IMG/VR virus record: IMGVR_UViG_3300042691_019786
Reading direction: 5' to 3' (one strand)
DNA length: 64,000 nucleotides
Origin: a virus
The notes beneath the pieces were generated by a model. That model was not told the origin of the DNA, did no database searches, and was given only the letters and a program-made list of their open reading frames with translations. Positions 30,433-41,800 of the stretch are shown here, piece by piece; the stretch's first letter is position 1; the number at the start of each line of letters is the position of its first letter. A program made the translations under genes and the position numbers.

Positions 30433-31485
30433 TTAAATTAATTTTCTTTCTCTTTCTATTAGTTTTTTAAAAGGTACTAAGTAATCTTCATTTCTTACTT
30501 CACCTAAAATTTTATCGATTCCATCTTCATGCATGTATTGTGCTATTTTTTTAATGTCTCTATCAGTACCTTCTAACGTACCATTTTTTAACAACTCTAA
30601 TTCAATTATTGCATTTTCTGAAATCATTGGGGATTTTAGATTTACTAGTTTATAGTTTATTTCATAAATCTTATCACCTTGTACACCATCAGTAATCCCA
30701 TTAATGATGTTGTGTAAAACCGCTAAAGGTTTCTTTTTTTGTTCTAGTCTTTCTTCTTGGATTCTTTTTGCCTCATCTATTATTTCATTTAAAGTTAATA
30801 CTCTTTCTTTCAATTGTGGGAAATGTTCTAGTAATGTTTTTAACCCTAACCCTTTTATCCCTTTTATCACATCTGAAGTGTCGCCAATCATTGTTTTAAT
30901 TAACGCAGCATTTCCGACATGATAACTAAAGTATGAAGAAAAGTTATTAATATCAACATATTCTTTAATATGTAGGAAATAAATTTTTACATCTTCGTTA
31001 ATTAGTTGAGCCATATCTGTATCATTGGTACAAATAGTTATTTTCTCATTTTGGTCTTTATTAAGGCAATAATATGCTATTAGGTCATCACCTTCAATAT
31101 AGTCATAGTTAAATTGTCTTACATAAAATTCATTTAAGTAAGTCCAAATTTTCCCTAATTGAATTGCTTGTTCTTCGTCAATAGTTTCTGTTAGATTAAC
31201 GAAATCTTTGTTGCGGTTACTCTTGTATGGGTTGTATATTTTAAACCTCTCTAAACCGCTTAATTTACCATCCCAAAATATATAGACTTGATGGTATAAA
31301 TCTTCCACTAGCATTTTTCTAACTAGCGTGATAAATTGGTATAAACCACCGACAAATTCTCCTTTGTCGTTGTATTCATCTTTGGCACCAGCAAAAGCCC
31401 TTTTAAAAAGGGCGTTGCCATCTACCAATAATGTATTTTTTATTTTTTTAACTGTTTCACCATTTCTTGGAGGTCTTTTATTCAC
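30433..31485 (-). CDS. 5'-3' exonuclease/flap endonuclease (T4 RNase H / PolA N-terminal-like)
   Basis: LLVDGNALF, FWDG, YKSNR, EGDDLIAY, DTDMAQL, GDTSDVIKGIKGLG; GTG start. Confidence 0.92.
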   Translation of the reverse strand: MNKRPPRNGETVKKIKNTLLVDGNALFKRAFAGAKDEYNDKGEFVGGLYQFITLVRKMLVEDLYHQVYIFWDGKLSGLERFKIYNPYKSNRNKDFVNLTETIDEEQAIQLGKIWTYLNEFYVRQFNYDYIEGDDLIAYYCLNKDQNEKITICTNDTDMAQLINEDVKIYFLHIKEYVDINNFSSYFSYHVGNAALIKTMIGDTSDVIKGIKGLGLKTLLEHFPQLKERVLTLNEIIDEAKRIQEERLEQKKKPLAVLHNIINGITDGVQGDKIYEINYKLVNLKSPMISENAIIELELLKNGTLEGTDRDIKKIAQYMHEDGIDKILGEVRNEDYLVPFKKLIERERKLI

Positions 31486-31538
31486 AGCATAATTTTTTAA
31501 AAGTTAAACACTATTCTATCTATTCTATTTACATAAGT

Positions 31539-32642
31539 TTACTCATGCATATCATCTTCATTAAACCCAGTATTTTCTTCTTTTTCAATAATGAACTCAC
31601 TAAGTGGTGTGTTTAACTTAGATAATATATAATCTTTATGTTCTTTTTTGTAAGCTTCAATCTTATCTGGATTCCAATATCCATGTGGTGTAGACGCTAA
31701 AACACCATGTTCTTCAACACCATTAACTTGATTTTTCTCACAACGTACTTTAGTTTCAATACCAAATTGATAAGTTTCACCACCAGCTGTCGCTTTTAAT
31801 TTAGTTGTGCTGTGTGATAATATACCACCATAATGGATAATGATTCTTGGTGAATAGAAAAACGCTTCACCACCTTTATGTTTAATAACTTTGTTTTCGT
31901 TATCTAACCATATTTTTTGCACTACAGCAAATGTGTTTGTGTATTTTTTACCTTCACGTCTAGATGCTGGTATTCTATGGTTAACCAATGATTTGAAAGC
32001 AGCTTCCATTGAACCAGCGTTCCATTGGTTGTTAGATGATTTAGACATTACTGATTTGAAACCGTTAATAGAACCAACTGAATCCCATAAAAATACTAAA
32101 TCTCTAGGTAATTCATCAGCTTGTTGTGCATCCAATAATTCAGTCATTAATCTAGCGATATCTTCAATTACTGGTTCATCTCTTAATGCTTTAGTACCCA
32201 TTTTACCGTTAGAGTAATCTAAACATGAATATCTTTCTACTAAATCTTCTGATTGGAAGAAAAGGAAATCACCTACATAGTCAATTATTTCACCAGTTTC
32301 TTCATCAACAACTTCTTCAAATTGTACTCCAATATTTTTAGCATGCTCCCAATCCCAGTTTGTTTCTGTATCAATAATAATTGGTAAATCACCAATTTTT
32401 TGAGCGCCAGCCACAGCTTCATAAATCGCTGTAGATTTACCAGTGTTTGAATATCCTCTAAAACTTGTAAAATACCCTCTAGGAATACCAGGTATTTTCA
32501 AAGCTTCAAAGAATGCATCAGATAATGGAATCCATGTTAATTCTTTCATCTTAACAGCGGTATCCATCTGATTATTTTTTTTAAAATCATTTAAGTTAAA
32601 AGGTTTCTTTTCTATACCTTTTTTTTCTGGTTTTTTAGCCAT
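31539..32642 (-). CDS. uvsX: RecA/UvsX-like recombinase
   Basis: GIPRG..RGYSNTGKST Walker A, IIDTE, WDSVGS, KGGEAFFY, EKNQV. Likely start is the ATG at 32642 (MAKKPEKK). Confidence 0.88.
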   Translation of the reverse strand: MAKKPEKKGIEKKPFNLNDFKKNNQMDTAVKMKELTWIPLSDAFFEALKIPGIPRGYFTSFRGYSNTGKSTAIYEAVAGAQKIGDLPIIIDTETNWDWEHAKNIGVQFEEVVDEETGEIIDYVGDFLFFQSEDLVERYSCLDYSNGKMGTKALRDEPVIEDIARLMTELLDAQQADELPRDLVFLWDSVGSINGFKSVMSKSSNNQWNAGSMEAAFKSLVNHRIPASRREGKKYTNTFAVVQKIWLDNENKVIKHKGGEAFFYSPRIIIHYGGILSHSTTKLKATAGGETYQFGIETKVRCEKNQVNGVEEHGVLASTPHGYWNPDKIEAYKKEHKDYILSKLNTPLSEFIIEKEENTGFNEDDMHE

Positions 32643-32677
32643 TCTTTTTGTTATTAAAACTTGTGTTATTTTAGAAC

Positions 32678-32707
32678 AAAAAAGGACCAATTTCTCAGTC
32701 CTTTTTG
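32678..32707 (-). terminator. Possible weak terminator after the SSB gene
   Basis: aaaaaaggac..gtcctttttt inverted repeat. Confidence 0.5.
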
Positions 32708-32715
32708 TTTAGTTT

Positions 32716-33645
32716 TTAGAAAGGTAAATCATAATCATCATCTTCGTCAGATGTTGAAGTGGTTTCACTAGCAACTGGTTCAGTTTTAGTTGTAGAAGCA
32801 GTTTGGATACTAGCTTTTACATTTTCAACTCCCATTGTTAATTCTTCTTCCATTTTTGCGTTTTCAGATGTTGTATTGTTTTTCAAAGCTTCTTTGTCAA
32901 CAAATTTTTTCTCATCTTTATCCCATACTGGAATTCCACCTTTTACAATGATTTCTAAATACTCGTAAGATTTAACTGAATAAACGTCTTCCCAAGTTCT
33001 TGCATCAGATAACCATTCTTCTTTCAATTCATTGTCAGTATGTAATGGTGTTGAATCTAGTGCAACAATTGCAGAAACTACTGGTACATTATTTTGGTTT
33101 CTATTAATAGTAATAGCTAAATCTCTACCAGATTCTGGGTCTGTAAAATTACGGTTTGTTTTTAACGCTGTTAAAACTCCATGAATTTTATCATAAACAC
33201 CCTCTTTACGATAATCATGATTAAATCTCCAGAACTTAACTCCTTCGTCTTCATGTTCTCTGTCAATTACTTTAACAACATACATTTGACGTGCTTTGTA
33301 CTTTTTAGCTAATTCTTTGTCAGATTCTTTACCAGTTGCTCTTAACGCATCGTAAGCCTCACAAAATGGACATGGCTCATTCTTTTCATGTTTTAAACAT
33401 GCAAAAGTTTTGTACTCACCGTCAACTAATACTTTGTGACCATGAACTTCTACGAATGGTGAAGAACCATCTTGTGTCGGTAAAATTCTGATTTCTTTAA
33501 CTGCACTTTTTACACCTTCTTTGATGTAAGTGTTGAAATAATTTTTAAGGTCGTAAACCTTTTCAGCCTTTTTTTCGAACTTAGGCGCATTGTTCTTTTC
33601 GTACTGTGCTAACATTTCTGATAGCGTGTCTTTTTGATTACTCAT
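32716..33645 (-). CDS. Single-stranded DNA-binding protein, T4 gp32-like
   Basis: IRILP, H..C..CPFC zinc site, VIDR, DPESGRD, acidic C-terminus ending DLPF. Confidence 0.88.
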   Translation of the reverse strand: MSNQKDTLSEMLAQYEKNNAPKFEKKAEKVYDLKNYFNTYIKEGVKSAVKEIRILPTQDGSSPFVEVHGHKVLVDGEYKTFACLKHEKNEPCPFCEAYDALRATGKESDKELAKKYKARQMYVVKVIDREHEDEGVKFWRFNHDYRKEGVYDKIHGVLTALKTNRNFTDPESGRDLAITINRNQNNVPVVSAIVALDSTPLHTDNELKEEWLSDARTWEDVYSVKSYEYLEIIVKGGIPVWDKDEKKFVDKEALKNNTTSENAKMEEELTMGVENVKASIQTASTTKTEPVASETTSTSDEDDDYDLPF

Positions 33646-33701
33646 TTTTACTCTTTTTTTTTTATTATTACTTATTTATTATACTTCTAAAATTTAAATT
33701 A

Positions 33702-33786
33702 AATATACTCTAAAATCTGAAAAAGTCAAGTACTTAAACATAAATTTTATTGTTCCTAATATACTACATTAATTCACTAAATGCAA
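33702..33786 (-). promoter_or_regulatory. Two tandem host-type (early) promoters upstream of the SSB gene
   Basis: Minus strand TTGCAT-17-TATATT and TTGACT-16-TATATT. Confidence 0.6.
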
Positions 33787-33804
33787 ATTTTTTTTTATAA
33801 AAAT

Positions 33805-33829
33805 AAAAAATCCTCAATTAAGAGGATTT
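33805..33829 (-). terminator. Intrinsic terminator
   Basis: aaaaaatcctcaattaagaggattt. Confidence 0.75.
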
Positions 33830-33833
33830 CTAT

Positions 33834-34586
33834 TTAAATATCTTCTTCTTCATACTCATCAAAACTATTCTTGATTTCTTCATCGCTAAATTCATCAACG
33901 TCTTTTTGAGTTAATACATATTCTTTTTCTTTTTCATCTGTTTCTTCTTTGTCATCCCAATACTTACTAATTGGAATATTGAAAGGGTAACCTTTTAAAG
34001 AAATTAAACTTTGTTTTTCAACTGGAGTTGGGTTTCTTTTTTTGAATTCTAATTCTAATTCACTTATTTTACTACCCAAAGCATCCATGTTTGAAATTCT
34101 AGATTCTAAATCATCCAATTTCTTTAATAACGTTTCAGCATTAGAGTTAGCTGCTTCTGCTGCCGCTTTAGCTTCTTCAGTTCCTTTAACAATTGATGTA
34201 ACGTCAACTTCAACTTCATCGCTTGATGGTGCTGGTTCATCCATTACTGGTTCATCCATTATTGGTTCTTCAGCTGGTGCTGGTTCATCCATTATTGGTT
34301 CTTCAGCTGGTGGAGCGTCATCAACTGGAGGTACTTCTGTATCATCAACTGGTGCTGCTTCTGGGTCTTCAGAAGGTACTTCAGATGCATCAACTGGTAA
34401 ATCAGTTTCAACATCTTCTTCTTCAGCTTCATCCACAATAGCTTCATCACCTAAAATAATATCTTTTTCGTCTTTATCGTAACCTTGAATGTCTTCACCC
34501 ATATAAAAAGAATATTCAGATAACAATCTAAATTTTTTAAGTTCTTCTTTTAATAATTCTGGGTTAATTTTTTTACTTTTTTTCAT
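33834..34586 (-). CDS. Highly acidic coiled-coil protein, possibly a prohead core/internal protein
   Basis: 250 aa. Basic N-terminus, E/D/P-rich repeats, coiled coil. Confidence 0.6.
   Translation of the reverse strand: MKKSKKINPELLKEELKKFRLLSEYSFYMGEDIQGYDKDEKDIILGDEAIVDEAEEEDVETDLPVDASEVPSEDPEAAPVDDTEVPPVDDAPPAEEPIMDEPAPAEEPIMDEPVMDEPAPSSDEVEVDVTSIVKGTEEAKAAAEAANSNAETLLKKLDDLESRISNMDALGSKISELELEFKKRNPTPVEKQSLISLKGYPFNIPISKYWDDKEETDEKEKEYVLTQKDVDEFSDEEIKNSFDEYEEEDI
34231..34312. repeat. Tandem in-frame repeats encoding PAEEPIMDEP
   Basis: 33-bp unit tggttcatccattattggttcttcagctggtg twice, plus a partial 15-bp unit. Confidence 0.85.
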
Positions 34587-34590
34587 ATTA

Positions 34591-34788
34591 TTAGAATAAT
34601 AATTGTCTACCGTCTTCTGTTATTATTTTCTTGTTGATACGTTCAACTAAACTTTTATCACCTTTAATTACACATACACCAGAACTACAATCCATATTTG
34701 GGTCGTTCCCTTGATTTAAATAAGCATCTAATGATGAATTTAAATTTTTTTCTTTATCGTTTTGTTTATTGTTTGTTTCCATATACAA
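34591..34788 (-). CDS. Small hypothetical protein
   Basis: 65 aa, CSSGVC and KIITEDGRQLL; ATATTTAT motif upstream. Confidence 0.65.
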   Translation of the reverse strand: MYMETNNKQNDKEKNLNSSLDAYLNQGNDPNMDCSSGVCVIKGDKSLVERINKKIITEDGRQLLF

Positions 34789-34832
34789 TTAGTTAATTAA
34801 TTGTTATCATATATTATAAATATCAAATAAAA

Positions 34833-35234
34833 CTAAAAAATACGTGTTATGTTTAAAAAGGTTAATTTATTATTGTTTGTTAATATAAATTTATCTTTAT
34901 AATCATCCCAATTAATTTTAATTGATTTATAATCAATGTTGCCTATTGAATTAGGGTTAGTTTCTTCGATTAATTTATTTAATGCATTTATTGTATAGAT
35001 AGTACTACCTTTTTTATGGATTGGTAACGCACTAGGGAATAGATTTTTTAAGTCTAATGGTTTATCATCAATCAACGTCAATTTAAATGTTATGATAACT
35101 TTAGACTCATCATCTAAGTTTTTAAAACAAAAAACAAACTTTTTGTCAATGTTAAATTTATTTTTCAAATAGCTTAAAAACCATTCAACTCTCTCTGGGA
35201 ATATGAATGCTGCTAGTAATATCTTTTTCGTCAT
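34833..35234 (-). CDS. Hypothetical protein
   Basis: 133 aa ORF. Confidence 0.65.
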   Translation of the reverse strand: MTKKILLAAFIFPERVEWFLSYLKNKFNIDKKFVFCFKNLDDESKVIITFKLTLIDDKPLDLKNLFPSALPIHKKGSTIYTINALNKLIEETNPNSIGNIDYKSIKINWDDYKDKFILTNNNKLTFLNITRIF

Positions 35235-35823
35235 GTGTTATAGAGTATAGGTATGGTATGTATTTATTAGGCAATCCTAGGTCTTCAACATACTTTTTAT
35301 ATTCTATAATTATTTCGTTATCACTCAAAAAAACAATACTTATTTTTTTAATTTTATTAATTATTTTATTTTCATCAAAACCAACATATTTCATTAGTTT
35401 TAAATCAATGCCAAATATGAAATTATCGCCATTAATATACAACATATCGGATGTATGATATGTTACTATTTTATCAAAAGAAATTATTTTTTTAATTATT
35501 TTTGTTAACGTTAATTTACTATATTGTATAACATCAACAAATATATAAGAACTGTTTTTAACTAAATCGTCATAAACTTTTTGAACAAACCAATTTAAAT
35601 CTTCTTCATATTTATCCCTTTTCTCATTTTTCTTAAAGGTCCAATATATGTTGTCTTCAACTTTAATATCTAAAATATCAAAATCTGGATATAAATTATT
35701 TACGATATCAAAACCTACAATCAATGTAGGTAATCCATGGATAATATTATCCATGGATTCTACTATATTAAATTGTTCAGATATGTCTATCTTATTTTTT
35801 GTAACTATATTTGCAATCTTCAT
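35185..35823 (-). CDS. Hypothetical protein
   Basis: 212 aa. A TAAATTTG (TAnnTTTG) element lies just upstream. Confidence 0.65.
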   Translation of the reverse strand: MKIANIVTKNKIDISEQFNIVESMDNIIHGLPTLIVGFDIVNNLYPDFDILDIKVEDNIYWTFKKNEKRDKYEEDLNWFVQKVYDDLVKNSSYIFVDVIQYSKLTLTKIIKKIISFDKIVTYHTSDMLYINGDNFIFGIDLKLMKYVGFDENKIINKIKKISIVFLSDNEIIIEYKKYVEDLGLPNKYIPYLYSITHDEKDITSSIHIPRES

Positions 35824-35852
35824 ACATCAAAATTACAAATTTATTTAATTAA

Positions 35853-38800
35853 TTACAAATTATCTATAATATCGTTAAATTTATTAAAGAATTTTAACGG
35901 TATATCAATATGTTTATCATTAACTGGGTATATGTAATCCCTATTTTGATAAATGTCAGAATTTTTATCAGTTTTACCAGCTTTTATTTTAGCTAATCTA
36001 TCACCAATTGCTTTATATTGTCCAGTCCACACGCTAGGGTTTAACATAATTCTAACATTATCACCCCAACTATTAGAAGCATAATTTGTTAAATCATTAG
36101 CGCTAGTTGATGGGTCAATTAATCCAACAAATTTAAATTCATCGGTTGTAGCGTATGGCCATATTTTAGGTCCACCACCAGAGAAACCAAACACCCCAAC
36201 AAATTTATAATCTGGATTTGCCGCTTTTATTTTCTCAACAGTTCTACCATTATATTCTTCAAATATTATTTTATAATTAACAATATTAGTTCCTAATCCA
36301 GCAGCTATCCATTGTTCTTTTATCCATGAAGCACCATATGGCGCGATACCACCATAAATAATTAAACCTTTTTTATCTGAATTGTTAGATAGTTTTTTTG
36401 GTTTTGAATTTTCATTACTCTTAGAGCCAGTTTTTGGTTTCCATATATTACTACCAGATACTTTAGCGTATGATAGTATATTTGCAACATACTGACTTTT
36501 AGGTATACCACCTTTTTTTTCACAGCCTTTAGGACCTCTAACCCATATACATAAATCATTACCTTTTTTCTGTAACTTAATAGCTAAATCTAGAGCTGCT
36601 TGTTTATTTTGAATACCATTTTTAAGTTCTTTAACAATATTTGGATAAGAACCATTGGTAATCGTTTTATATGTTGCATCTAAACCATCAGCTTCTGTTT
36701 TATAATTTTTAACACCATTATCATTATAGTTTGTAGCATTATTCATAGGTTGTATTGAATTAAGAGGGTTCCATGTTGCTTTACCACCTTCAGCTTGTCT
36801 CCATGCTTTAAGCCAAATTAAATTACCCTCTGTTTCTGGAGCGTCTAATTTTTTCAATAATTTTTTGAAGAAGTTAAGAGTTTCGTTTTCTGTTGTTTCA
36901 ACAGCGCCTTTTGGTCCATCTTCATTATCAGTTCCATCAGCTTTAACATAAACACCTTTACAACTAGTTTTAGAGAATACATTTTCACTACCATCACTTT
37001 TCTTAGGGTTTTTAACAAAAGAATAATAAGTATCACTATCAGACACTGGAATCTTATATCCACCAACTACATTAGGGTTTGCTTTAACTAAACAAATTGC
37101 TGAAGTACCATGATACTCCCAGTGCCATGCTTCATCATACCCAACACCATCTTTAGCCCAACCTGGATTTATTATACCATATTTATAAGAATTATCATAT
37201 AACCATTTCATTGCTGGGTTAATATCAAATCCAAAATATTTTTTTGGTGTACCAGCATTATTAAAAGGTGCTGCAATTTCACCTTGTTTATTATTCCAGA
37301 ACCAGTCAACAGCTAATCCCCAACCATGATATGATTTTCCAGCTTTTGCTTTTATTTTACTTTTCATACTTGCTTGTGTAGCATAACTTCTGTATAAAGA
37401 TGAAATATGTCCAAATTTACCTTGAGCGTTTTTCTTAAATCCGTTTGCTAACATCCAATCACCAAAATCATCAAACATTTTATCAAAAGCAACAGCAGCT
37501 TCAGCAATTAAATATTGTTTAGGTGCAGTAATATTAAAGTATTTTTTAGAACCACCAGTTACTTTTTTAGTTGTCACTGAACCATATTTTTTACCTTCAT
37601 CTATGTAACCATTAGAAACACCATTTTCAATTAATGTCGCTACAATTGGTTCGTAAGTACCACTAGCCGCTTTACCACCGCTACCGCCACTACCGCCACT
37701 ACCATTATTGTTGCTTGAACTATCTGAATTAGACATATCAGAATTTTCAATCATGTTTTCATAAACTTCTTTAGCGGTAACTAAAGGTGTTTTTGTATAT
37801 TTAATCCTAACGCCTTTGAATTTAGTTTTCATTGAGTTAGGCACTAAAGAATGGCTAACTGATGTTATCATATAAGCGCCATGAAACATAGGTATATTGT
37901 CTAATTGAAAATACATCATAGGTTGAATCATAGCGTTACCCATCATTTCAATTTCAGCAGTATAACTTCTAACAGCATAAACGTTATATATGTTTTGACC
38001 CATATAAGTTTTACTGTTTTCATAACCTTTTTGAGCTATATCATCTTGTATTTGTAATGTTTCATCAGTTTCGGTAAATTCACTTTGGTCTAAAGTAATA
38101 TCTTTAAAAATGTTTTGATTTTGCTGACTATACCTAACTACAAAAGAGCCAACTTTTTCTTCATATTCAGCATTATCTTCAGACGTAAAATCTTCTGGAA
38201 CTGTAGGGTCAACGTTACCATTTCTATCACATCTTAAATCAAAACCATCATCTTCATATTCATTATCATAATAATCTAAATGTTGTGAACGCTGTCCAGT
38301 GTATACACATACAAATGAAGGACCGCATGAACCAGATACACTTGAATCGGCAAAATAGTCAAATGGTTTAAATATCGATTCTATATTTTCCTTATTATTA
38401 AAATTAATAAAATTAGGTAAAGCAATAAACTCAAAGTTATTTGATGCTAATATAGATGTAATAGCTTCGTATGAACTCATGTTTGTATTGTTACCTATCC
38501 AATCTTGTATTGGTGTTGGGTCAATATATAATAAATCACCAATATCACTAAATGCTCTACTAACGAATCTAAAACTATCTATAAGTCTAGGCCTATTGTT
38601 ACCATATTTTTTACCTAAATTACCATCAACATCACTTCTAGTACCATTACCACATTGGAACATTAAGCTATCAATATTTTTTGCACCAGCTAACCATTTA
38701 TCATAAATATTTTTACATGTTCTATATAACCCTAATTTTATTTCGTCTTTATTGCTAGTTCCAAATATTGTGTTGTCTAATCGTTTATCTTCTTTTGCTT

Positions 38801-41800
38801 TATTAAGACTATCTTCATTTTCTTTAAAAACACTAGTAACTTCGTTTAAATATGTTTCTAACGTTGTCATTTTAACTCTAATCAATGAACGTTCAGTTGT
38901 TGTTGCAGCATCAGACCATATTTTATAATTATTATTTAAAATAATGAGTTCTTCCCTCATTGCTTTTATTAGATTATCAGTTGCGTCACAAGAATCTTTT
39001 AAAGCTAACCATAAATCATCTTTACTTCCAATATTACAAACAATATAATAATTTTTTTTAATGATGTCCGTATTAACACCACTATAATTAAACATATCAT
39101 TATAAGTTTTACCAACTTCACCCATTTTTTCGGTAAATGTGATAAAATTTTGAGGAGTTTTATTTCTAGTGTCAAATATTTCTAATTCTTTTCTTAACCC
39201 TAACCATTCAGTAGGACCATCACCATTAGTAAATTCAAAAAATATTCTTATAAATTCATCAATAACTTGTATTGGTAATCTATTTATTATATCATTTTTT
39301 TCTATATCATAATTTTCTACACTAAAATTAAAAGGAAAGTATTCATCTTCTAAAACACCACCAAGATTACCTTTTCCATCCCAATAAATAGGGTCTTTTT
39401 TCCCACTACCACCGCCAACTATTAAACCATTTTCAATTATTGGGTCTCTTTTGTCGTTTCTCCATAAAACACTACCTACATAAGCACACCATAATTTAGG
39501 TGCATGTATTATACCACCTTTATATCTAAAAGTATTTAAAATTTCTGGTTTACCAAAAGGGTCTGGTTTTCCATTAATATCAATATTAAAAGGTAATGTA
39601 TGTAAAAACGCCATAGCTCTAGCTGGTCTACTAGCTTCAAATGTTTTACCTTTACTATTTTCAACTACTGAGAATTTTAAGTTATAATAAAAATGACTAC
39701 CAAATAATGAGGATGGAAAATTATCATCTAAAAAAATATAAGGATATGTTATATCATTACTAGCACTAGTTAAAAATAATCTATTTAACCCTACTTTACC
39801 GTATAAGTCATTATTTGTACTATCTTGATTTGTGCTATTTGGTTGACTAAAAAGAATGGTGTCTATTGCGTTATTTGTATTTGTGCCAGTTAGATAACTA
39901 AGACTTGATGATGTAGAACCCTTTTTACCAGTTCTTTGTTCATATGTTTTAGTTTTTGTTAATGATAATCCTTTTATGTTATATGGTCTATTATAAGAAT
40001 TTCTATAAAAAACATATTTAAAAGAATCTTCAGTTGGTACGTCATTTGAATTATAATTAAGATTAACAAATTCTTGAATACCAAATTGACTACCTAGTGA
40101 ATTAAAACCAGCTGCTTGTGCATCTGTAGAATTTGATATTTCTTCTTTCTTTAATCCTTCTAAAATAATTGTATTATCACCAGAAATTTCTGAAGGTAAT
40201 TGACCAGCGCTTATATCGTCTGGATTAATTATTTTTAGATAAACACCACCATCATCAGCTTTGTATCTTGGGTTAGTTTTTAAAGGTTCTACATTACTAC
40301 TACTGCTATAGTTGGTTAAGAAAACAAATCCTTCATCAGCTTTTTCTTCTTTTAAAACTTTTTTAATATCAACACTTGTATTATTAGGGTTACCCCAACC
40401 TTCTTCAATAAATCCTTTGTTAACTGGTAAAACTCTTAAAAGAGTATCTTTATAAAGATACGTGTATAGATAATTTGTACCATCATTTGTTAATACTGGT
40501 CTGTTTGCGTCTGGTCTTTTTCCGTTAACCGCTGCTTGTGTTGATATTATTTCAGTAGTGGTTTTTTGTGTTAACCCTCTTTTTATTTTTTTATCTTCAG
40601 TATCTTCAATATCTCTAAGAATAGCTTGTGCTTCAATTTTTGCAAAAGCTTTTATTTCTTCTTCACTTAATGTTCTATAGTCATTTGTATACCCTAAAAG
40701 AGTCATTGCTCTAATAAGTAAAACAGCACAAACATCATCAGCTGTTTGTGGTTTAAATCTAGTATAAGGTTTATTTTCTGAATACTCTTTTAAATCCATT
40801 GGGTTAACAGCAAACCACGAAGTTATTTCGCTATTATCCAAAGCAGCTGCTGCTGCTTCATCTTTTTGTTGTGCTTTTTTAAACGCAGCATGTAAATCAT
40901 CAATAAATTTAACTTCATCTATATTTTCATATGCGTTATCAATTAAACTAGAAGACCCTAAATATTTCTCAACATAAGCTTTTTTGTCAACATCATATTC
41001 TTGATAAGCTGGCCATGGTAGATAATCGTTGCTTTCTAATTTTTTACCTTTAATATCACTATTCTTAGAAGAACCACCTTCAAGTTTAAACGCTTTTTTT
41101 AATTCAGTTGTTCTTTGTGTGTGATTTGCTGTAGCTGTCGCTACTTCAAATATACATTCACATAAAACTTCGATTGCAGCTGTAAAGCATTCAATTATTG
41201 TTCTAGATGTTGGGTCGAAACCTAATCTACTTTTAACTTTATCTTTATACGAATCTGCTAATGCAGATTTTTCATCATTTTTTCTTTTTATCGCTTTATC
41301 TTTTTTATTTTTAAGTATTTCTTTTAATAAACGCATATCTATAACATCAAAAGCTTCTGTATCGCTTAAAGATGTATGATATTTACTTAAACAATCTTTT
41401 AAATCGTTTAAAGTTTGGTCATTCGTAGTGTAATTACCAAAATAACTTTTTAATTCTGTATCAGTAGCGTTTTCAAGTTTTTTTAACGATAAATTTTTAT
41501 ACAACCTATTACCTTTTCCAGTTGTGTCGTATTTAAAAACCCAATTAGCTGTTACTATAACATTACTAGGTGATTTTTCATTGTATTGTAAAACTAAACA
41601 TTCTTCATCATCCTTATTAAAAACTTTTTTTTGATATTCTTCTTCAATTTTATTTTTAACGAAGTCTTTATTAATATCATCTTTTTTAAGAACTATAAAA
41701 TCAAATACAGTTTTGGTACTAGCGTCTTTATCAATATTACTACCTAAAGAATCAATTTCACCATAAATGTCATCTAAAATACCAATTGACTCATTTGCTG

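Noticed and set aside
25323-32642. Inteins or group I introns in nrdA, nrdB, helicase or uvsX
   Set aside because: The ORFs are continuous and of ordinary length, with no visible splice-junction motifs.
32643-32690. Track start of uvsX at TTG 32690
   Set aside because: It overlaps a terminator-like hairpin; the ATG at 32642 is the more plausible start.
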